From the NCBI RefSeq assembly GCF_965216485.1, contig NZ_OZ244162.1:865385-929384 (forward strand): a DNA stretch of 64,000 bases, in the 5' to 3' direction. The notes beneath the pieces were generated by a model. That model was not told the DNA's origin and made no database searches. It was given only the letters and a program-made list of their open reading frames with translations. The translations under genes and the position numbers were made by a program. The stretch is from Algiphilus sp. Its GTDB lineage: Bacteria; Pseudomonadota; Gammaproteobacteria; Nevskiales; Nevskiaceae. This document shows, piece by piece, positions 12,855 through 21,707 of this stretch (position 1 is its first letter; the number at the start of each line of letters is the position of its first letter).

Positions 12855-13731
12855 AGCGCCCACCGCGCCACCCATCGAGAAGCGCTACGCCACCGTCGAC
12901 GGACGCCAGATCGCCTATGTCGAGCGTGGCAGTGGCGACCCCATCGTGCTACTACACGGCAACCCGACCTCTTCCTACCTCTGGCGCAATGTGTGGCCGG
13001 AGCTGGACGGCCTGGGCCGCGTCATCGTGCCCGACCTCATCGGCCAGGGCGATTCGGAGAAGCTGCCCGCTGAGGAAGGCCCGGATCGCTACAGCTTCGA
13101 CGTGGCCTATCACTATCTCGATGGCCTGCTGCGCCATCTCGGCGCCGATCGCAAGGTGACCCTGGTGCTGCACGACTGGGGCAGTGGCCTGGGTTTCCAT
13201 TGGGCCGCGCAGCATCCCGAAGCGGTCCAAGCCATTGCCTATATGGAGGCCATCGTCATGCCGGTGTCCTGGTCGGATTGGCCGGAGGATGCCGTTGGCA
13301 TCTTCAAGGGCTTCCGATCCGACAAGGGCGAGTCGCTGATCCTGGAGCGCAACATGTTCGTCGAAGGCGTGCTGCCGAGTTCGATCATGCGCACGCTGAG
13401 CGCGGAAGAGATGGAGGCGTACCGCCGTCCCTTCCGCACGCCACAGGATCGTCAGCCCACGCTCAACTGGCCCCGTCAGATTCCCATCGACGGCGAACCG
13501 GAGCACATGGTGCGTCTGGTGGAGGACTACGGCCGCTTCATGGCGCAAAGTCCCATGCCCAAGCTGTTCATCAATGCCGAGCCAGGCAGCATTCTGACCG
13601 GGCGCCCGCGCGACTTCTGTCGCAGCTGGCCGAATCAGCGTGAGGTCACCGTGCCCGGCCTGCACTTCATCCAGGAAGATTCCCCCCAGGAGATCGGTCG
13701 CGCCATCCGCGACTGGCTCACCACCCTCTGA
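12844..13731 (+). CDS. Haloalkane dehalogenase (alpha/beta hydrolase, HLD-II-like)
   Basis: LLHGNPTSSYLWRN (halide-stabilising Asn-Trp context), nucleophile elbow VLHDWGSGLGF, and C-terminal PGLHFIQEDSPQEIG (catalytic His). Confidence 0.85.
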   Translation: MPTEAPTAPPIEKRYATVDGRQIAYVERGSGDPIVLLHGNPTSSYLWRNVWPELDGLGRVIVPDLIGQGDSEKLPAEEGPDRYSFDVAYHYLDGLLRHLGADRKVTLVLHDWGSGLGFHWAAQHPEAVQAIAYMEAIVMPVSWSDWPEDAVGIFKGFRSDKGESLILERNMFVEGVLPSSIMRTLSAEEMEAYRRPFRTPQDRQPTLNWPRQIPIDGEPEHMVRLVEDYGRFMAQSPMPKLFINAEPGSILTGRPRDFCRSWPNQREVTVPGLHFIQEDSPQEIGRAIRDWLTTL

Positions 13732-13750
13732 AATCCCGCAAGGAGCTCGC

Positions 13751-14065
13751 GTGTCCGATATTCCCGTCTACATCATTGCCAATTTCAAGGTGCACGATGC
13801 CGCCACCTATCGCCTCTACGAAAAGGGCTTCTTCCCACTGCTGAAGAAGTACGGCGGCAGCTTCATAACGTATGACGACGCTACCGAGACGCTGGAAGGC
13901 CCCAAGCCGCGGCAGGGGCGTGTGGTGATGTTCCAGTTTCCCTCCGAGCAAGCGGCAAAGGATTGGTATGCCGATCCCGACTATCAGGCGCTGTCCGAGC
14001 ACCGCCGCGCCGGCACCGAACTAGAATTCATCACGCTGGTGCACGGCCTGCCACCGAGGACATGA
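13751..14065 (+). CDS. DUF1330 domain protein
   Basis: GTG start preceded by AGGAG. It is about 100 aa with the characteristic ...YGGSFITYDD...VVMFQFPSEQAAKDWYADPDYQAL pattern. Confidence 0.75.
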   Translation: MSDIPVYIIANFKVHDAATYRLYEKGFFPLLKKYGGSFITYDDATETLEGPKPRQGRVVMFQFPSEQAAKDWYADPDYQALSEHRRAGTELEFITLVHGLPPRT

Positions 14066-14069
14066 AAGG

Positions 14070-14903
14070 ATGAAGGACCACACGCCATCCACGGCAGCCA
14101 GCGAGGCTGCACTACAGAACATCAGCGCACTGATTGCCGGCTGCACCCGCAGTGAGGACGGCTGGCTGCGCGCCGAGCCGAGCAGCGCCTGGATGCAGGG
14201 CCGCAGCCTCTATGGCGGCGTGCAGGCGGCGCTTGCCGTCGAGGCCATGCGGCCTTTCGCCGAGGGACTGCCCATCCGCACGCTGCAGGCTACCCTGTGT
14301 GCGCCGGTTCCGGCTGGCCCGGTCGCCATCCACGCGCGCGTGCTGCGCGTGGGCGGCAGCACTCGCCAGATCGAGGCGCGCATCATCGAGGGCGACCAGG
14401 TGCTTGCGCTCTTCGTCGGCATCTTCGGCAAGGCGCGCGAATCGGTGGTGGCGCACGACTTCGTGGCGCCAGCCTTTGACGAAGCCAAGGGCACCGACAT
14501 GCCCTTCATCAAGGGCATGATGCCGGACTTCCTGCAGCAGTTCCGGGCGCGCCTGCTGCGCGGCCATTTCCCGGGCGCCGGCAAGCCGGACACCGAACAC
14601 CTCTATCGCATCAGCTTGCGCGACAGCGCCGAGCACACCGGTCTGGCCCAGCTGCTCACCATGTCCGACTTTCCGCCTCCGGTGGGGCTGAGCTGGCTGT
14701 CCACCTTCACACCTGCCAGCACCATGACCTGGATGCTCAACTTCACCGGCCATGCCTTCGATGACCAGTCGCTGGACAACTGGCTGATCGACGTCAAGCT
14801 CGACGCCGCCCACGACGGCTATACCCAGCAGACGGTGACCCTGTTCGCGCCGGACGGCTATGCCGTGGCGCGAGGCACCCAGTGCATGGTGGTCTTCGGC
14901 TAG
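14070..14903 (+). CDS. Acyl-CoA thioesterase family protein (double hot-dog, TesB-like)
   Basis: 277 aa. WMQGRSLYGGVQAALAVEAM and a C-terminal ...DGYTQQTVTLFAPDGYAVARGTQCMVVF repeat pattern, typical of thioesterase-II-like proteins. Confidence 0.7.
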   Translation: MKDHTPSTAASEAALQNISALIAGCTRSEDGWLRAEPSSAWMQGRSLYGGVQAALAVEAMRPFAEGLPIRTLQATLCAPVPAGPVAIHARVLRVGGSTRQIEARIIEGDQVLALFVGIFGKARESVVAHDFVAPAFDEAKGTDMPFIKGMMPDFLQQFRARLLRGHFPGAGKPDTEHLYRISLRDSAEHTGLAQLLTMSDFPPPVGLSWLSTFTPASTMTWMLNFTGHAFDDQSLDNWLIDVKLDAAHDGYTQQTVTLFAPDGYAVARGTQCMVVFG

Positions 14904-15041
14904 CGCATGGTGTCGGCGGCCGGGCCCGCGCCACCGGAAGCGGGCGCTACGCGGCGAAGGTGGCGTACCATTTTGGCCACCTTCGCTGCGAACGAGGACA
15001 TGCTTCGCAGCACGCACCCTGAGGCCCACGAGCCTGTCACG

Positions 15042-16067
15042 ATGAAGATGCTTCTCCTGGTCTGTGCCGCCGGCATGGCCGTCGCCTCTTTCCCTGGCCT
15101 GGCCGCCGAAGACGGGCAGGGCGCCCATACAGGCGCGGATTCTAATGGCGCGGCTGCCGCGTTTTCCGGCTTTCGTGACTGCCCGCAGTGTCCGGAGATG
15201 GTGTTGATCCCGTCCGGAGAGGCGCGGCTGGGGAGCCCCGAGTCGGAAGCCGGCAGGGATCCGGATGAAGGGCCGCGCCAAAGCGTAAGCATTGCACAAC
15301 CCCTGGCCTTTGGCCGCCACGAGGTCACTGTTGGTCAGTTCGCGGCCTTCGTCGACGCGACCGGCTATGAAACCGATGCCGAGCGCAATCTGGGTGGTGC
15401 CGAAGGCTGCCTGAGCGCGCGTGCGGTGGGTGCGCGCGGGCAGCGGATCACCTGGGAGTACGAGGCCGGTGTCAACTGGCGCAATCCGGGCTTCGAGCAG
15501 AGCGCCCAGCATCCGGTGGTCTGCGTCAGCTGGTTTGACGCCATCGAATATCTGGAGTGGCTGAGTGACAAGACCGACGCCAACTACCGACTGCCAACCG
15601 AAGCCGAGTGGGAATACGCGGCGCGCGCGGGTAGCGAGGGCGCCTTCTATTTCGGCGATGAGCTCGAAGGCATCTGTGCCCACGCCAACCACGCCGACGA
15701 TGCCTACGCCCGCAGTTGGGATTGGCCAAAGGCCACGCGTGGGGCCAATTGCGACGACGGTGCCGCGCGCACGGCACCCATCGGAAGCTACCGGCCCAAT
15801 GCCTTTGGATTGCACGAAATGCTGGGCAATGTCTGGGAATACACGGGCGACTGCTACATCGATACGCTGGCTGGCATGCCCGCCGATGGCAGTGTGCGGA
15901 TAACGGAACCGTGCCCGCGCCGTGTCGCGCGTGGTGGCGCCTGGCGCAATCTGGTCGACCATATCCGCGCCGCCAACCGCTACCGGGTGTCGCCCGTCAC
16001 GCGCAGCGATTTCGTCGGCTTTCGCGCCGTACGCGCACTGAACGGCGCCAGGCCGCCGAGCGAGTAG
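15042..16067 (+). CDS. Formylglycine-generating enzyme (SUMF1/EgtB/PvdO) family protein, secreted
   Basis: Start moved to MKMLLLVCAAGMAVASFPGLAAE (signal peptide). Motifs include HPVVCVSWFDAIEYLEWLS, YRLPTEAEWEYAARAG, NAFGLHEMLGNVWEY, RGGAW and VGFRAVR. Confidence 0.8.
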   Translation: MKMLLLVCAAGMAVASFPGLAAEDGQGAHTGADSNGAAAAFSGFRDCPQCPEMVLIPSGEARLGSPESEAGRDPDEGPRQSVSIAQPLAFGRHEVTVGQFAAFVDATGYETDAERNLGGAEGCLSARAVGARGQRITWEYEAGVNWRNPGFEQSAQHPVVCVSWFDAIEYLEWLSDKTDANYRLPTEAEWEYAARAGSEGAFYFGDELEGICAHANHADDAYARSWDWPKATRGANCDDGAARTAPIGSYRPNAFGLHEMLGNVWEYTGDCYIDTLAGMPADGSVRITEPCPRRVARGGAWRNLVDHIRAANRYRVSPVTRSDFVGFRAVRALNGARPPSE

Positions 16068-16436
16068 CCGGCAGTACCACGCGCTTTGGGCGCACGGTGT
16101 CGTCCGTCCGGTTGCGGATGTTGGGCCACCAGGTCACGAATCATTGGGGATCAGGCGGGCACGCTCTGCAGGCTGCGGATGCTCCGGTGCGAGCCCACGC
16201 GACCCGTCGAATCGCTTCAGTCCGGGGTGTGTGCGAGCAAGGGCAGCCGACGCCGGGGTTGTTTCCTGCGCACGTCTGATTGGAGCGCTGTTCGACCGTA
16301 TCGGTTGATGGCCTCAGTGCCACTTGGACGCACAATCGGGCTGCCGTCTCACAGCGTCTCCCCACCCCCGCTCGTAAGAGGCCTGGGGCACAGGCCCCCG
16401 ACGGCCACGCTTGACTGAACCCGTATGTCCGACGGT

Positions 16437-17357
16437 TCACCCGGTCTGGTACCAGAGCGGGCGATACTCCCAGCGTTCCACGAGGAAGTCGATGAAGACG
16501 CGCGTCTTGCGCGCCATGATCGGCCGGTCCGGAAAGACGACCGAAATCATGGCCGGTTGCGGCCGATGCTCCGGCAACACCTCGACAAGCTCGCCGCGCG
16601 CCAGCGCGTCGTCGACGAGGAAGCCTGCGAGGAGTGCAATACCCGCGCCGTCGATCGCTGCCTGCCGCAGCATCAGGGCATTGTCGGCGGCGAGCGTCGG
16701 ACGGACCGGCACGACGATCTCGCCGGACGGCCCGGTCAGTCGCCAGACCGGACCGTTGGCCAACGGGCTGAAGTGAAGCAGGGCGTGCGCTGTAAGGTCC
16801 TGTGGACCTCGGATTTCGGGCGCTCCGGCCAGGTAGGTGGGCGCAGCGCACAGATATCGGTTGGTTTCGGCAAGCCGCCGGGTCCTGAGCCCCGTCCCGC
16901 TCGCGTGCTCCCCGATGCGGACGGCGGCGTCGAAACGGTCTCCGATGAGATCAACATAGTCGTCGGAAACGCGCATCTCGAGTTCGATCCCGGGATGAGC
17001 GCGCCTGAAGGCTGCAAGCAACGGGCCAATCGCGATCTGTCCGAAGGATGTGGGCAGAGACAGCCGCAATACGCCTGTTGGCTCGCTGGAGAACTGCGAC
17101 ACCATGGCTTCGGCGTCGCTCAGCCGTGACAGCAGATCCTGCGCAAGCGGAAGCAAGGCCGCGCCCGCCTCGGTCAATGTGACCGACCGGGTATGTCGGT
17201 GAAACAGCGGCGTGCCCAGCGATGCTTCGAGCGCCTTGATGTGGCGGCTGAGGATGGATGGATGCACCTGTAGCCCCTCCGCAGCGCGCGCGAAATTTAG
17301 TTTGGCCGCTACAGCGCAAAATTCCCTCAGCGCGTGCGTCGAAAGGGACGGCTCCAT
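16437..17357 (-). CDS. LysR family transcriptional regulator
   Basis: N-terminal HTH LREFCAVAAKLNFARAAEGLQVHPSILSRHIKALEASLGTPLFHRHTRSVTLTEAG plus a LysR substrate-binding domain. 306 aa. Confidence 0.9.
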   Translation of the reverse strand: MEPSLSTHALREFCAVAAKLNFARAAEGLQVHPSILSRHIKALEASLGTPLFHRHTRSVTLTEAGAALLPLAQDLLSRLSDAEAMVSQFSSEPTGVLRLSLPTSFGQIAIGPLLAAFRRAHPGIELEMRVSDDYVDLIGDRFDAAVRIGEHASGTGLRTRRLAETNRYLCAAPTYLAGAPEIRGPQDLTAHALLHFSPLANGPVWRLTGPSGEIVVPVRPTLAADNALMLRQAAIDGAGIALLAGFLVDDALARGELVEVLPEHRPQPAMISVVFPDRPIMARKTRVFIDFLVERWEYRPLWYQTG

Positions 17358-17368
17358 TGATGCTTACA

Positions 17369-17394
17369 GTGCAATGAATGATGCCATTTTGCAC
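17369..17394. promoter_or_regulatory. Inverted repeat in the LysR divergent promoter (candidate LysR site)
   Basis: GTGCAA-N14-TTGCAC, 12 nt upstream of the LysR start codon in the 100-bp divergent intergenic region. Confidence 0.25.
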
Positions 17395-17457
17395 CTTTAT
17401 TTCATCAACAGCATCTTTTTAGTCTGGTCGCCGCCAACCACACGAGAGGAGATCCTG

Positions 17458-18528
17458 GTGCGTCACCTGAGATTCGCGGTCGGCGAACAACCGCGCTGGC
17501 CCTCCTGGCCCGTACGTTGGCAACTCGTGGCGGCTCTGATGATTGCTGCGCTCCTGCCCGGCGCAATCGTCGCGCAGGTGCCATCCAAAAGAGATGCGAA
17601 AGGGCCGACAATGCACTGTTCGGCCGCGGAAACACTCCGGCGTCCCTGGATCGACGAAGCGGGCAGCCTCGCGCTTCCGCCTTCCCTCGACTGGCCGAAC
17701 GGTGTTGCATTCGACGGCCAGGGCCGGTTGCTGGTGGGGGCCATCACAGCACCGCTCGTTGCGCGCTTTGAGGCGGGGCGCTGGCGCATTATGGATATTG
17801 CGGCTCCGGGCATCTTTTCCGTGACAAGCCTGACCCATGACTCCGCGCGAAATCTGGTCTGGGGGACCTCACCCGCCTTTCTCGAAGCGGACGCCGACCA
17901 GCAGCACGGGCTGTACGCGCTGGATGATGAGCGGTTGCAGGTGGTGCGTTTTCTTCGGTTGCCCGACGACGGCTTTGCCAATGACACCGAGATTGCGCCG
18001 GATGGCCGCCTGCTGGTGACCGACAGCGTGAATGGCCGCGTTCTGGCATACGATTGGATGCGTGACGAGTTTGCGACCCTGGTCGAAGACGAACGCCTCA
18101 GACCGCTGAGCCGCGTCGGGGCGGCCGGGGTGACGGTCGATCAACAGGGCCGCATCTATGTCACCAATTTTGAAACCGGGGAGGTGCTTGTCCTCGACGA
18201 GGACGTGCTACGCGCGGTCGAATTGCCGCGGACTCTGGAGAATCCCGATGGTCTCGTTCTTGTCGAGGATGGTGCACTCCTGGTGGCGGAAGGAGCCGTT
18301 CTGAGCGGCGATGGACGATTGTTGCGCATTGCCGATCCGGCCGAACCGGGTCAGCGTGCCATCGAGGTTCTGCGCGGGCGGCTGGAATCGCCGGTCAATC
18401 TGACCGTGGGGCCGGACCACACCGTCTACGTCACGGAGTCCCGCATCCGAAGGAAGATCGGCCCGAATCCGACAGACGTCAAACCCGATCGCTTCCGCGT
18501 GGTTGTTGTCGACCCGCACGCCGGCTGA
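17458..18528 (+). CDS. Secreted beta-propeller protein (SMP-30/gluconolactonase/LRE- or NHL-like)
   Basis: GTG start after GAGAGGA. Signal-like WQLVAALMIAALLPGAIVAQV. Repeated ...DG.LLV.D / GRIYVTN / TVYVTES blade-like motifs. The upstream part of the listed ORF overlaps the LysR gene, so I rejected it. Confidence 0.6.
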   Translation: MRHLRFAVGEQPRWPSWPVRWQLVAALMIAALLPGAIVAQVPSKRDAKGPTMHCSAAETLRRPWIDEAGSLALPPSLDWPNGVAFDGQGRLLVGAITAPLVARFEAGRWRIMDIAAPGIFSVTSLTHDSARNLVWGTSPAFLEADADQQHGLYALDDERLQVVRFLRLPDDGFANDTEIAPDGRLLVTDSVNGRVLAYDWMRDEFATLVEDERLRPLSRVGAAGVTVDQQGRIYVTNFETGEVLVLDEDVLRAVELPRTLENPDGLVLVEDGALLVAEGAVLSGDGRLLRIADPAEPGQRAIEVLRGRLESPVNLTVGPDHTVYVTESRIRRKIGPNPTDVKPDRFRVVVVDPHAG

Positions 18529-18670
18529 AAACGGAACGCTGGCCTGGCGCTGTCTCCGGGATCAAGGGGTTGCGCGGGCGACCTGCCTGCCGATGCTCGA
18601 ACCCTCCGCAAATCGAGAAGCCGGCGGTCGAAGCGCTTGAATAGGTCCGCCGTTCGGTCTCTGGAGATGG

Positions 18671-19618
18671 CTAGGGCAGTTGCAGCGCCTGGAGCTCAGC
18701 CTCTTCCAGCCGATAGATCAGCCCGGCACCTTCCTCCCGCACCAGCTGGAACCGACCGCTGAGCATGATTGGCTCCCATTGCACTTCGATGCCGCGTTCG
18801 GCGAAGACCTCGACGGCGCCGGCCGGGCCGCCGGGCACATGGAAGAAGCAGGAGGGTGGCGTCGACACCAGCAGGAAATGTGACTGCTCGTCGGTGGCCT
18901 CCAGCGGCAGCATGAAGCCTACGAGTTGTACGGCCTCGCCTTCCAGCCCCTGCACGGTGTCGGAGAATTGCACGTCCAGGGTGTAGTCCTGACGGTAGCG
19001 CACCCGGCTCTCGAGCAGGGTTTCCCAGCGCACGACGCCGTCGATGGCGTCCAGGCCCTGCCACTGGCGGGCGCGGTCGGCAATCACATTGAGCGTGATC
19101 TGGGCTTGTTCCTCGCCGGCACGGACGGTGACGATCTCCTCGCCGTCCTGGTCGGGCCGCACGCCAAAGGTGACTTCGCCGATCTCGTCGGTTTCGGAGG
19201 AGGCCAGTGTCATCAGTGGGCTGTCGCGTGACGTGGTGATCGACACGGTCTTGCCCACCACTGGTTCGCCGGCCGCGTCGAGCAACTGCGCCGTGATGTA
19301 GGCGGGGGTGCCGGCGAGGACATCCACCATCCAGGTGTCGGCGTCAGTCTGGTAGGCGGATTCGTTGTACAGCGTCAGTATCGGCCCGTCCGGCGCGGGT
19401 ACCGACCGCACCGCATTGGGGGCGTCGGCAGGCGGTGCCATGGCGTTCATTTCAGCCTCGGTCAGCGCATTCCCCGGAGCGGTCGCGGTCTGCGGCGTGG
19501 CGGGGGTGCGCTCCGGCGCAGGCTGCACGGAAGGCGATGGGGTCTCGCCGTTGTCCGGTGCGGAGCCGCAGGCGGTGAGGCAGCAGAACAAGACGAGGGC
19601 GGGCAGACGTTGCTTCAT
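18671..19618 (-). CDS. Lipoprotein: Ig-like beta-sandwich region fused to a C-terminal DUF3299 domain (copy A)
   Basis: Lipobox LTACGS. The C-terminus VQLVGFMLPLEATDEQSHFLLVSTPPSCFFHVPGGPAGAVEV matches the DUF3299 pattern (GF..PLE...FLLV....C.H.P). Last gene of the ABC operon. Confidence 0.75.
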   Translation of the reverse strand: MKQRLPALVLFCCLTACGSAPDNGETPSPSVQPAPERTPATPQTATAPGNALTEAEMNAMAPPADAPNAVRSVPAPDGPILTLYNESAYQTDADTWMVDVLAGTPAYITAQLLDAAGEPVVGKTVSITTSRDSPLMTLASSETDEIGEVTFGVRPDQDGEEIVTVRAGEEQAQITLNVIADRARQWQGLDAIDGVVRWETLLESRVRYRQDYTLDVQFSDTVQGLEGEAVQLVGFMLPLEATDEQSHFLLVSTPPSCFFHVPGGPAGAVEVFAERGIEVQWEPIMLSGRFQLVREEGAGLIYRLEEAELQALQLP

Positions 19619-19668
19619 GAATTCTCTACAGACGCATGAGGAGGGTGTGCGAGGGCGATGTTTACCCC

Positions 19669-20541
19669 CTATGGGGAAGGAACCTTCTTGAGTTGCGCAT
19701 GCTCAAGGCGGTAGATCAATCCGGCCTCGGGATCATCGATCAACTGGAAGGTGCCCGCCAGCACGATGGGGTCCCATCGCACCGCAATGGCGGTGTCCGC
19801 GTGCACTTCGACCGCGCCGGCAGGCCCGCCGGGCACGTGGAAAAAACAGGAGGGCGGTGTCGAGACCAGCAGAAAATGGGACTGCCGGTCGCTGGGCTCC
19901 AGAGGCAGCATGAATCCCACCAGCGTGATCTGCGCCCCATCCAGCGCGCGCGCCGGCTCGGAATAGCGGACGTCGAGGGTGTAGTCCTCGCGATAGCGCA
20001 CCTGGCTGGAAAGCAGGGTTTCCCAGGCGGTGATGCCGTCAGCGTCGTCCAGGCCTTCCCAGTCCAGCGCGGCGTCGTCGATCACGTTGAGCAGCATTGT
20101 CGCGGACTGTCCTCGGCCGCGCACCGTCACCGCCTCTTCTCCGGCTTCGAAAGGTCGTACGCCGAAGCTTGCCTCCCCCTGCGCGTCGGTTCTGGTGGCC
20201 TGGGCGGTGATCAGGGCGCTGCCGTCGCGGGTGGCGGCGGAGACCGTCACATCCGGCAGCGGCGCACCGGTGGTGTCGGTGAGCTGGGCTGTGATGAAGG
20301 TGGGGGTGCGGACGACCACGTCGATCATCCATTGGTCCTTGCCCACCTGGTAGGCGGCATCACTGTACAGATGCAGTCGCGCTCCGGATGGGGCTGCCGC
20401 CTGCTCGGCGCGGATGGCGGGCGGCGGTGACGACGGCGTGGCGGCGCGTTCGCCATTGCCCGTGCCACTGCCGTGCTGCGCGCAAGCCAGGGCAGGTACG
20501 CAAAGACCGCACGCCAGTGCGATGCGCGCTGCGATGCTCAT
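19669..20541 (-). CDS. Lipoprotein: Ig-like region + DUF3299 domain (copy B, tandem paralog)
   Basis: Start moved to MSIAARIALACGLCVPALACAQ. That ATG overlaps the permease stop (ATGA). The protein is colinear with copy A, including the identical SHFLLVSTPPSCFFHVPGGPAGAVEV. Confidence 0.75.
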   Translation of the reverse strand: MSIAARIALACGLCVPALACAQHGSGTGNGERAATPSSPPPAIRAEQAAAPSGARLHLYSDAAYQVGKDQWMIDVVVRTPTFITAQLTDTTGAPLPDVTVSAATRDGSALITAQATRTDAQGEASFGVRPFEAGEEAVTVRGRGQSATMLLNVIDDAALDWEGLDDADGITAWETLLSSQVRYREDYTLDVRYSEPARALDGAQITLVGFMLPLEPSDRQSHFLLVSTPPSCFFHVPGGPAGAVEVHADTAIAVRWDPIVLAGTFQLIDDPEAGLIYRLEHAQLKKVPSP

Positions 20542-21707
20542 GCGGACTTCAGCACGGTCGTTACGTCGCGACGATAGGCACGGATGGCGGGGACCAGCGC
20601 AGCCAATGCGCCTATGGCGGTGCCATACAGCAGCAAGGCGGTCTCCGCCGGCAGCCATTGCCAGCCGGTCAAGCCCTCGGTGGCGGCGAAGCCCAGCCAC
20701 TGGCCAGCCAGTTCAGCGACGAGGTGGCCGACGAAGATGCCGAATAGCGTCCCCGCGAGGCTCAACAGCACGCCCTCAACTACGAGGCTGACCAGCACCT
20801 CCCAACGCGTGGCGCCCAGGCAACGCAGCAGCGCCAGTTCGTAGCGACGCGCCTCCAGTGCGTGATACAGCGCGATGAACACGCCCAGGCCCGCGCTGAC
20901 CACGAGCAGCCAGGCGAAGGCGCGCACGCCGTCGATGCCCACGCCGAGCAGCTGCAGCATGCGGTTGGTCTGCACGGCTGGCGCCGCGGCCTGCAGCTGG
21001 GACTGGCTGTTGACCAGCCGCGGTAGGGTGGTGGCGGCAAAGGGGGTGGCGTAGTCGATCAGCAGCGTGGTGATTTCCGGGTCAGTGGGGTCGGCGGTGC
21101 CGTGTACGGCCCATACGCTTTCCACGCTGGTCAGGATCAGGCGGTCGATGACGGTGCCGGTGGCCTCCAGCACGCCGACAACGCGATAGCGGCTGTCGCC
21201 GTGCACGTGGCCCTCAGGCGAGAAGCCGTGCACGCCGGAGAAATGATCATCCAGGGTCAGGCCACTCGCGGCCACTGCGGCGCCGATGGTGGCTTCGCCG
21301 GGTTCCTGCCACAGCCGGCCTTCGCGCACATCGGCGGCGTAGAGCGCCGGGTAGGCGGCGGTGGTGCCGACAATGCGGAAGCCGCGCCAGGAATCGCCCA
21401 GGGCCTGGGGAACGGCGGTCCGCACCATGGGGTGCTCGGCCCAGCGCTGGGCTTCGGCCAGTGGGATGTTCCCGGTAGGGATATCGGCGTGGTAGATCGC
21501 CGACAGCACCAATTGACTCGGGCTGCCCTTGGCGCCGATCACCAGATCGATGCCGGCCGCATCGCCGCGCATGCGCTCTTGCAGATGGTGGCCGAACAAC
21601 AGCAGCAGCACGATGGTGGCGATGCCGATGGCCATCAGTGCCGTGTTGAGGGCGGCCGCGAGCTTGTCGCGCAGCAGATTGGCCCATGCCAGAGAGAGCA
21701 GGGTCAT
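20538..21707 (-). CDS. ABC transporter permease, FtsX/MacB-LolC type
   Basis: 389 aa with an N-terminal TM, a large periplasmic loop, and three C-terminal TMs with an FtsX-like pattern. It overlaps the ATPase gene by 4 nt. Confidence 0.85.
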   Translation of the reverse strand: MTLLSLAWANLLRDKLAAALNTALMAIGIATIVLLLLFGHHLQERMRGDAAGIDLVIGAKGSPSQLVLSAIYHADIPTGNIPLAEAQRWAEHPMVRTAVPQALGDSWRGFRIVGTTAAYPALYAADVREGRLWQEPGEATIGAAVAASGLTLDDHFSGVHGFSPEGHVHGDSRYRVVGVLEATGTVIDRLILTSVESVWAVHGTADPTDPEITTLLIDYATPFAATTLPRLVNSQSQLQAAAPAVQTNRMLQLLGVGIDGVRAFAWLLVVSAGLGVFIALYHALEARRYELALLRCLGATRWEVLVSLVVEGVLLSLAGTLFGIFVGHLVAELAGQWLGFAATEGLTGWQWLPAETALLLYGTAIGALAALVPAIRAYRRDVTTVLKSA

